The translations under genes were made by a program, and so were the position numbers. Positions 56,771 through 64,000 of a stretch of 64,000 bases of DNA are shown piece by piece (position 1 is the stretch's first letter; each line of letters opens with the position of its first letter). The notes beneath the pieces were generated by a model. The model did not search any database. It was not told where the DNA came from and saw nothing but the letters and a program-made list of their open reading frames with translations. The stretch covers positions 248,001 to 312,000 of the forward strand of contig CDROCS010000666.1 of NCBI GenBank assembly GCA_977020255.1. Reading direction: 5' to 3'. The DNA is from Obrimoposthia wandeli (Eukaryota).

Positions 56771-58762
56771 ATGAAGAAAACTATTAATTTATTACCTATT
56801 GTGACTGGCCTTACCTTGGCCGTAATCAATCCAAACATTGCTTTTGCAGAAGAAACATTTACTTTTAAACCTGCAAGTGAACATACCATTAAGGCGAATA
56901 AAGAAGCCGCTAAGCATCTGCCTTATAGTGATAGAAAGGCTTTTGAGGAACAAGAGCGTGGTTTAATTGCCGCTTTTGGTGATAATAAGGCTGGTCAAAT
57001 CAGAGAGCCTTTCCATGATTTTTTAAAAGATGTGGATGAGAAAGATCATCCCGATTCTGTAAACCCATCTATTTTTCGTCAAGCGAAAATGAACTATCAG
57101 GCACAAGGGCTTTACAAAGTTGTTGATGGGGTTTATCAGTTACGTGGTCATGAAATTTCTAATGTTACTTTTTTCCGTACAAAAACCGGATATGTGGTTA
57201 ATGATCAAGGATTGCTTGATGAAACGATGCGTCTAGGCTGGGAATTTGCTAAGAAACATTTACCGAAACCACACACTATACATGCGGTTGTGTATTCACA
57301 TGCCCATGGTGATCATTTCGGAGGGGTTAAGGGGTTAAGTGAAGATTTCGCGAAAGACGTTAAAATCATTGCTCCTGAAGGGTTTGTGGAAGCGGTTTCG
57401 GATGAGAATATGATTGCAGGCAATGCGATGTCTCGTCGTTCTGATTATCAATATGGTTCAAATCTTCCCAAAAATATCTACGGTCAAGTTGATAACGCCA
57501 TAGGATTAACCCATGGCCATGAAGGTGGTATCACCTTAATCACACCAAATCTTGAGATTGTTGATAAAGTTGAAAGGCATACCATTGATGGCGTGGTTTT
57601 TGAGTTTACTAATGTACCTGAAGCAGAAGCCCCTGTAGAAATTATTACCTGGGTAGAGCAATACAAAACGTTATTTACAGGTGAATTAACCTTCCATGGT
57701 ATGCATAACATTTATACTTTCCGTGGTGCCAAGACCCGCGATGCATTGCAATGGACTAAGTACTTAACAGAAATGAAATTAGCGTATGGCGATCGTATTG
57801 AAGCATTAACGTCGTCTCACTCTGCGCCGGTATGGGAAACTGATGAGATTAATGAGTACCTAACTTTTCAGCGTGATAATTACGGTTTTATACATAATCA
57901 ATCAATGCGTTTAGCGAACAACGGTACAACGATTAATGATATCGGCCGTAAAATTGAAGCTATGGTGCCAGATGCATTATTCAATAAGTGGTATACAAAT
58001 GGTTATCACGGCTCGTATTCACATAATGCGCGCGCGGTTGTGAACTTATATTTAGGTTATTTCGATGCCAACCCTGTTAATGTTAATCCGCTGCTCACAC
58101 AGGATAAATCATGTGTTTATGTTGAAATATCTGGTGCACAAGCGGTTTATAAAGCGGGCATGAAATTTTTTGAAAAAGGGTTATATCAAGAATCATCACA
58201 GTTATTTAATGACTTAGTGCAATGTGAGCCGACTAACATCCAATACCGAGGTGCCTTAGCTGATAGTTTTGAGCAACAAGGTTATCAAGCAGAAACAATG
58301 GCGTGGCGTAATAGCTACCTGCAAGGTGCTAATGAACTGCGTACCAGTAAAACTAAGCCACCAATCGCTTTCAACTCCGCTGATGTTATTGCTGCAGCTC
58401 CAACTGAAGGTGTTTTCGATATGATGGCAGTTCGCTTTAATGCGCCGAAGGCGATTGAGGCAAAACTTAACTTATCATTTAATACCGTACATAAAGATGT
58501 GAAGGAATATTATTACACGGAAATTTCTAACGGTAATATGACAACGGTACAGACTAAAGAAGCGGTAAAAACGGCTGAATCGACATTATATATCACTAAA
58601 AAAGACCTTTCTAGTGTGTTAGTAGGTGAAATATCTCCAGATGAGTTATTCAAATCTGGGAGAGCGAATATCAAAGGGGATCAGAAATTATTGCAGGAAA
58701 TCATTGCTAATTTAGACCATTTTGATTCGTCTTTTGAAATTTTGCCGTTACTAAAAAAATAA
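56771..58762 (+). CDS. Exported alkyl/aryl sulfatase, SdsA1/Pisa1 type (MBL fold, dimerisation and SCP-2-like domains)
   Basis: YSHAHGDHFGG, MSRR.DYQYG, TFRGAKTRDA..W, GYHG and WRN.YL.GA.EL motifs. Confidence 0.9.
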   Translation: MKKTINLLPIVTGLTLAVINPNIAFAEETFTFKPASEHTIKANKEAAKHLPYSDRKAFEEQERGLIAAFGDNKAGQIREPFHDFLKDVDEKDHPDSVNPSIFRQAKMNYQAQGLYKVVDGVYQLRGHEISNVTFFRTKTGYVVNDQGLLDETMRLGWEFAKKHLPKPHTIHAVVYSHAHGDHFGGVKGLSEDFAKDVKIIAPEGFVEAVSDENMIAGNAMSRRSDYQYGSNLPKNIYGQVDNAIGLTHGHEGGITLITPNLEIVDKVERHTIDGVVFEFTNVPEAEAPVEIITWVEQYKTLFTGELTFHGMHNIYTFRGAKTRDALQWTKYLTEMKLAYGDRIEALTSSHSAPVWETDEINEYLTFQRDNYGFIHNQSMRLANNGTTINDIGRKIEAMVPDALFNKWYTNGYHGSYSHNARAVVNLYLGYFDANPVNVNPLLTQDKSCVYVEISGAQAVYKAGMKFFEKGLYQESSQLFNDLVQCEPTNIQYRGALADSFEQQGYQAETMAWRNSYLQGANELRTSKTKPPIAFNSADVIAAAPTEGVFDMMAVRFNAPKAIEAKLNLSFNTVHKDVKEYYYTEISNGNMTTVQTKEAVKTAESTLYITKKDLSSVLVGEISPDELFKSGRANIKGDQKLLQEIIANLDHFDSSFEILPLLKK

Positions 58763-58856
58763 CCTTATAAAACCAAAGTAAGCGGAGATTCCTTTTTAGG
58801 TGTTAATAGTAACCTAAAGGACTGTCCGTGTTTTATTATCAGCAGAACGATGCTTA

Positions 58857-59122
58857 TATACCCAAGCTACCTCAAGATGCAGGATTCAGAGTGATCTCAG
58901 CGTATCTAATTCAAGGAGAATGTGTGTAGGAATGGCATTCCCTTTCAAACACCTTTGACACAGAAGTAGATACGCTGAATCACTCCCGAAGGGCGAGTTT
59001 TGTTGAGCTCTATGCGGTGTTACTTATTTTCAACGTAGAACGACTAGGTCTATAAATAAGTGCCTTGCCTAGAGCCCAACAAATTCTCGCTGAAACGAGC
59101 ATCTTGAGGTAACTTGGGTTTA
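58857..59122. mobile_element. ERIC-like miniature inverted-repeat element (266 bp)
   Basis: 24-bp terminal inverted repeats TATACCCAAGCTACCTCAAGATGC / GCATCTTGAGGTAACTTGGGTTTA (22/24) with nested internal inverted repeats; non-coding. Confidence 0.85.
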
Positions 59123-59134
59123 AATACCAGGTAC

Positions 59135-59779
59135 TTAATTTATGGCGCACCCGTGCAGGAACAACCGGATATTTTGCCTGTACAGTTTCTCACAATACTG
59201 AATGGTTTCCTCCTCTGAGCTGCCTTCCTTTTTTAACGGGTAGAAGAAAAAAGGCATCATCACTAAAGCATTAAAACTGTCTTTTAGCAAAATGACATCC
59301 AGCTCTGGTTCTATAAAGCCTTTTTGTTGCAAGGCAGAGAAAATCTTAATATGGAAATCATCGGTATATGACAAAATTGATTTATCAATATAACTTCTTC
59401 TCGGGCCATCATTAAGTACCAGCGTTTTATAAATAATGCCTAATAGCTCCGGATATTCGACATCCAAATTAAAAATGGTCATGAAAAGATCTTCAATCGT
59501 ATTTCTGTTTAATGAGGCTTTCTCAAGTTGATTCAGCTTTTGAAAAAAAGGTTTATAAATATCATCAAACACCGCTTTATAAAGCTGGCCTTTATTTCCA
59601 AAATAATAGCCAATTAACGCAACATCAACACCTGCCTCCTGTGCGATCTTCCGCGTTGTTACCTTACTGTATGAATGCTTCATAAACAGACTTCGGGCAA
59701 CGTCAAGAATAGCTTGGTGGCTGCAAAACTGCTCTGCTTCTTGTTTAGGTCGCCCACGAGGTTTTACTGAATCTATCAT
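59135..59779 (-). CDS. TetR/AcrR-family regulator
   Basis: RGRP...ILDVARSLF...YSKVTTRKIAQEAGVDVALIGYYFGNK. Confidence 0.93.
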   Translation of the reverse strand: MIDSVKPRGRPKQEAEQFCSHQAILDVARSLFMKHSYSKVTTRKIAQEAGVDVALIGYYFGNKGQLYKAVFDDIYKPFFQKLNQLEKASLNRNTIEDLFMTIFNLDVEYPELLGIIYKTLVLNDGPRRSYIDKSILSYTDDFHIKIFSALQQKGFIEPELDVILLKDSFNALVMMPFFFYPLKKEGSSEEETIQYCEKLYRQNIRLFLHGCAIN

Positions 59780-59896
59780 AAACGTCTAATAATCTTCCGT
59801 AATCAAGACACTACTTTGATTAAACATTAACCAACGACCATAAACCTCTGCCTAGTTCAACTTTCTCATATTCTGTTATCTATTCCTAAACAGCTT

Positions 59897-59934
59897 TTGA
59901 TTTAAATCAATTTGGTCATTGATGAATTCATCAA
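59897..59934. promoter_or_regulatory. Two perfect palindromes: FNR-consensus site and possible TetR operator
   Basis: TTGAT-TTAA-ATCAA (59897-59910) and TTGAT-GAATTC-ATCAA (59919-59934). Confidence 0.55.
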
Positions 59935-60253
59935 ATAAGCCTTTATGCGGAATAATAAAGTCCGCAAAGTGAGAGCAGCGTCATGCCTATTTCATCGATA
60001 AATTCCCTAGAATGTATTCGAGTATTTAACGCCCCATAGAAATTATAAATCGTCAGCACCTGAAAATAGTTATGAATAGCGCGATTATTTGTCATTAATA
60101 AATATTCGCAAAAAAATTAACTCAGTTTATTTCACGATTGATTGGATTGTCTTCAGTTAAGACAAAGCATCGGTCAATGATGTAACACATTCAGAAATAA
60201 ACGGCTTAATCAGTGTGCCCACCTGTTAGATGAAAGACGACAAGGAATTGTTT

Positions 60254-61642
60254 ATGACAATGCCAAACAGTGACAATAGTACCCCCGTCAATGAGGGATC
60301 TACAGATTCATTGACCAACTCTCAACCAGATCCCAGACAGGGGTTTATTGAACGCCATTTTAAGCTATCAGCCCATAAAACCACCCTATCCACCGAAATA
60401 ATTGCAGGTATTACCACCTTCATGACTATGGTGTACATTGTGTTTGTTAACCCGCAAATACTGTCTGCCGCCGGAATGGACCCGAGTGGCGTTTTTGTTG
60501 TCACTTGTTTAATCAGTGCCATGGGCTGTATTGGCATGGGGCTTATTGCCAACCTTCCGATTGCGTTAGCACCAGCTATGGGACTGAATGCCTTTTTTGC
60601 CTTCTCTGTTGTGGTCGGCATGGGGATAAGCTGGCAGGTCGGTATGGGGACAATTTTCTGGGGAGCAATATGCTTTGCCCTGATGTCCGCTCTTGGTATT
60701 CGGTCATGGATATTAACCAATATTCCAAGCTGCTTACGGATCAGTATTCCAAGTGGTATCGGCCTGCTTATTGCGCTGGTCGGCTTGAGCAACGCCGGGA
60801 TTGTCGTCGCCAGTCCGGCAACAATGATCACCATTGGTGATTTGAGCTCGCTACAGTGTGTTTTAGGTGCACTTGGCTTCTTTATTATCGTTATTCTGGC
60901 TTCCCGTGGTATTCATGCCGCAGTGCTTATCTCTATTGTTGTCGTCACTTCAATTGCGGCCCTCATGGGCGATGTAGAATACACCGGCATTATGGCAATG
61001 CCGCCAAGTATTGAGAGTACCTTTGGCCAGGCCGATCTTGCCGGTTCGCTAGATTTTGCCCTTGCTGGCGTTATTTTCTCCTTTGCTTTAGTAAGTTTGT
61101 TTGACAGCTCTGGCACTATGATCGGTGTCACCGAGAAATGCGGAATCACGGATAAAAAAGGCCGTTTTCCCCGAATGAAACAAGCCTTGATGGCAGACTC
61201 ACTGACCTCTGTTGCTGGTGCTTACATGGGAACATCAACAGTAACTGCCTATATTGAAAGTTCTGCTGGTGTTGCTGTTGGCGGCCGAACCGGTTTAACT
61301 GCCGTTGTCGCAGGTCTGTTATTTATCATCGTTATTTTCTTTTCTCCATTGGCTGCTATGGTGCCAGGCTACGCGGTTGCTGGTGCCCTGATTTACGTCG
61401 GTATTTTGATGTCTTCCGGGCTAGCAAAAATTGACTGGAACGATATGACAGAAGCCGCTCCCGCCTTTATTACTACCGTCATGATGCCGTTTAGTTTTTC
61501 AATCACTGAAGGTATTGCAACAGGCTTTATTACTTACTGCGTGATGAAAGCAGGTACAAACCGCTGGCGTGAAATTCACCCTGGCGTCGCGATTGTCGCT
61601 CTGCTGTTTATTATCAAATTTGCTTTTATTGATGGTCATTAA
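60254..61642 (+). CDS. NCS2/AzgA-family purine permease (AdeP/AdeQ-like)
   Basis: TEIIAGITTF.TM.YIVFVNP, APAMGLNAFF, FD.SGT, YIESSAG and PFSFSITEGI; AAGGA RBS before ATG 60254. Confidence 0.92.
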   Translation: MTMPNSDNSTPVNEGSTDSLTNSQPDPRQGFIERHFKLSAHKTTLSTEIIAGITTFMTMVYIVFVNPQILSAAGMDPSGVFVVTCLISAMGCIGMGLIANLPIALAPAMGLNAFFAFSVVVGMGISWQVGMGTIFWGAICFALMSALGIRSWILTNIPSCLRISIPSGIGLLIALVGLSNAGIVVASPATMITIGDLSSLQCVLGALGFFIIVILASRGIHAAVLISIVVVTSIAALMGDVEYTGIMAMPPSIESTFGQADLAGSLDFALAGVIFSFALVSLFDSSGTMIGVTEKCGITDKKGRFPRMKQALMADSLTSVAGAYMGTSTVTAYIESSAGVAVGGRTGLTAVVAGLLFIIVIFFSPLAAMVPGYAVAGALIYVGILMSSGLAKIDWNDMTEAAPAFITTVMMPFSFSITEGIATGFITYCVMKAGTNRWREIHPGVAIVALLFIIKFAFIDGH

Positions 61643-61656
61643 TCAGGAGCTCGTTT

Positions 61657-63432
61657 ATGTCAAATATAATGCATAAGCATACCCAGCAACTGAGTCGGGA
61701 ACAGCTCACGCGTATACTGGCTATCCTTCGCAAAGAACAAACTGCTTCGCTAAAATTAACCAACCTATCGGTACTGGATTTGATTAATGGCGAGATCAAC
61801 TCGGGGCCCATTGTGATTGATGAGGGCTACATCGTTGCTCTCGGTGCAGAAGCCGAGCACTTACAGGCCGAACACATAGTCGATTGCCAAGGGCAAATCG
61901 CCGTACCGGGGTTTATCGACGGGCATATGCATGTTGAAACATCAACCATGACCCCGTTCGAATTCGAGCGCACGACTTTGCCTCTCGGCACCACCAGCAT
62001 CGTCTGTGATCCGCATGAATTAGTCAATGTAGTAGGAAAAGAAGGATTTGAATGGTTCTTACGCTGCAGTGAAATGACACACCAAAACATGTTTGTGCAG
62101 GTTAGTTCATGTGTTCCGGCGGTACCAGGGCTTGATATCAACGGCAGTGACTTTACCCTTGATGAAATGAAAGCCTACCTCGACCATCCGCACGTGCTGG
62201 GTTTAGCCGAGGTAATGGATTATCCCTCAGTGCTTAATGGCCACCCAGCCATGTTAGACAAACTGGCAGCATTCAGTGAACTCAATCTGGATGGTCACTG
62301 CCCGTTATTGAGTGGGCTTGAGCTGTCTGGTTATGTAGCCAGCGGTATTCAAAATTGCCATGAAACGGTGAGTTACCGTGAAGGCAAAGAAAAACTCACC
62401 AAAGGAATGGCGGTGATCATACGTGAGGGATCTGTCGCCAAAAATCTGGATGCCCTAGCCCCTTTGATCACCGAATATAGCTCACCGTTATGTTTGCTAT
62501 GTACCGATGATCGCAACCCTCATGAAATTGCGAAAGAGGGGCACATCAACTATTTAGTCAAAAGGCTGATTCAACATCATAAAATCAAACCTCACCTTGC
62601 CTACCGTGTAGCTTCCTGGTCAGCAGCGAAGCACTTTGGTTTGCGCCGGTTAGGACTCATTGCTCCTGGATATAAAGCCGATCTCAACCTGATGACTGAT
62701 TTACATCAGGTCGATATTCAGCAGGTATTAATTGGCGGTAAATTTGTTGATCAGTTAAAGCTGGCAGCGTCGGTTTCAGACAAACTAGCTATCTCTGCTC
62801 CTCCCTTGCAGCCAAGTATGCGACATAAGACAGTAACGGCGGACGAACTTAAAATCGACCTTAAAACAGGCGATTATAATGTGATTAGCATAGTGAAAGA
62901 TGAGCTGATCACCGATCACCTGATTTGTCGCTTCGATGGTTGTCAGTTTACCGAAACAAACATTAACAAGCTCGCCATCGTTGAACGCTATGGCCACCAG
63001 CTTCCACCTGCGATGGGATTAGTGAAGGGGTTTGAACTCAACCAAGGTGCCATTGCATCCAGCGTTGGTCACGACTCTCATAATATTGTTGCCATAGGCG
63101 TTGATGAAGAAAGTATGGCCCAGGCCATCAACCATCTGTTAACGATAGGCGGTGGATATTGTGTTGTGCAAAACGGCAAGATAACCGCAGATCTCATGTT
63201 ACCGCTGGGCGGGATCATGAGTTTGGAAAGCTCAGAAATGATCGCCAGACAAATCGAGATATTAAAGGATGCTGCCAAACGAATTGGGATAACCGTTGCA
63301 GAACCATTTGTACAAATGAGTTTCTTAGCGCTTCCGGTTATTCCATCATTGAAAATGACGGTAAAAGGTCTTTTCGATGTAAACCAGTTTAAACTTATCG
63401 ATCTTCGGCTTGAACCGTCGATAACCACTTAA
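61657..63432 (+). CDS. ade: Adenine deaminase
   Basis: PGFIDGHMHVE, DPHE, LAEVMD, DGHCP, CHE, CTDDR and GHDSHNI. Confidence 0.94.
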   Translation: MSNIMHKHTQQLSREQLTRILAILRKEQTASLKLTNLSVLDLINGEINSGPIVIDEGYIVALGAEAEHLQAEHIVDCQGQIAVPGFIDGHMHVETSTMTPFEFERTTLPLGTTSIVCDPHELVNVVGKEGFEWFLRCSEMTHQNMFVQVSSCVPAVPGLDINGSDFTLDEMKAYLDHPHVLGLAEVMDYPSVLNGHPAMLDKLAAFSELNLDGHCPLLSGLELSGYVASGIQNCHETVSYREGKEKLTKGMAVIIREGSVAKNLDALAPLITEYSSPLCLLCTDDRNPHEIAKEGHINYLVKRLIQHHKIKPHLAYRVASWSAAKHFGLRRLGLIAPGYKADLNLMTDLHQVDIQQVLIGGKFVDQLKLAASVSDKLAISAPPLQPSMRHKTVTADELKIDLKTGDYNVISIVKDELITDHLICRFDGCQFTETNINKLAIVERYGHQLPPAMGLVKGFELNQGAIASSVGHDSHNIVAIGVDEESMAQAINHLLTIGGGYCVVQNGKITADLMLPLGGIMSLESSEMIARQIEILKDAAKRIGITVAEPFVQMSFLALPVIPSLKMTVKGLFDVNQFKLIDLRLEPSITT

Positions 63433-63725
63433 TCGACGGTTAATCCGCACTAAAGAGTAAAAATAAAACTTACCTGCTAATTACTGCATGTCGTTTTCTT
63501 GCGGAAAGGCCATCAACGATGGCCTTACGTACAAACATGACAGAGTCAGTTATATGAACAACCCAAATTGAAAAAGGACACTGAAAGATCTGCCCAACAA
63601 TGCACCTAGAGAAATTTGGGTATAAACACATAGAATGTAAGATCTAATACATTTATCACAATATGTAAGGCATCCCCCCCTATATATTCACCAGCCGTAT
63701 TATTTCAATGAAAAGGAAGCCAGAA

Positions 63726-64000
63726 ATGAATCTGGAACAGCAACGCCAACGAGATCAACAAGCGTTTGTCGACAGTGGGGAGAATATCGTTGTCGGTACT
63801 TTAGAGGGTATATCGATAACGCTGGAGCAACTAAAAAGTACAACGGCTGACTCAAGTTATGTTGTCGAAACTTTCAATTCTGGTCTTACTGCTGTTGTTT
63901 TCCACCTGCACATTGATGGTAAAAGCTGGACGTTGAAACAAAAAAGAGCAGTGAGCTTAGTCAATAATATTGACGGTCAAACATCGTTTTTAAATGAAGT
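63726..64000 (+). CDS. Partial ORF running off the window, possibly kinase/phosphotransferase-like
   Basis: AAAGGAAG RBS, open frame MNLEQQRQRDQ...FNSGLTAVVFHL...WTLKQKR...DGQTSFLNE; Gly loop-like and xTLK elements only. Confidence 0.45.
   Translation, partial: MNLEQQRQRDQQAFVDSGENIVVGTLEGISITLEQLKSTTADSSYVVETFNSGLTAVVFHLHIDGKSWTLKQKRAVSLVNNIDGQTSFLNE

Noticed and set aside
59940-60253. Purine riboswitch or PurR box ahead of the NCS2-ade operon
   Set aside because: I could not find the riboswitch core or a convincing ACGCAAAC-GTTTTCGT match; an Infernal search would settle it.

Overview
Gammaproteobacterial chromosome segment, probably Vibrionaceae-like (inferred from gene content and an ERIC-like repeat). 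The left 6 kb holds soxR with its SoxR-box MFS target, a FadL-family outer-membrane protein, a Cys-rich DUF318 permease, an unusually long RecX and a tRNA-Ser/Thr/Gly cluster. The central feature is a ~41.4 kb integrase-less island bounded by the 3' end of tRNA-Gly (5875-5916) and a 39/42-identical copy (47317-47358). It carries two sugar modules. The first (6.1-32.2 kb) is a chondroitin-sulfate/GAG utilisation locus: PL8 chondroitin ABC lyase, two exported sulfatases plus anSME, KdgM porin, GH105, DUF2264 protein, GalNAc PTS/aga-kba pathway, kduID-kdgK-eda, and AgaR with dense CTTTCG motifs. The second (34.4-47.1 kb) is a Klebsiella cym-like cyclodextrin cycle: CGTase, CymA porin, ABC transporter, cyclodextrinase and TrmB regulator, plus an LpxD paralogue, a lipoprotein and a frameshifted stand-alone MalK regulatory-domain gene. 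The modules are separated by a scar containing a triply deleted, diverged copy of the phoX gene that lies just outside the island, a broken DNA methyltransferase and IS66 debris. Right of the island are a Pho-box/phoX unit, a tRNA(CAT) 3'-half remnant, and an accessory mosaic (purU, DUF3108, accD, LysR, GFA, integrase fragment, secreted cysteine hydrolase, alkyl sulfatase, MITE, TetR, NCS2 permease, adenine deaminase). No CRISPR array or rRNA was seen. All family calls come from motif recognition and manual alignment, not database searches.
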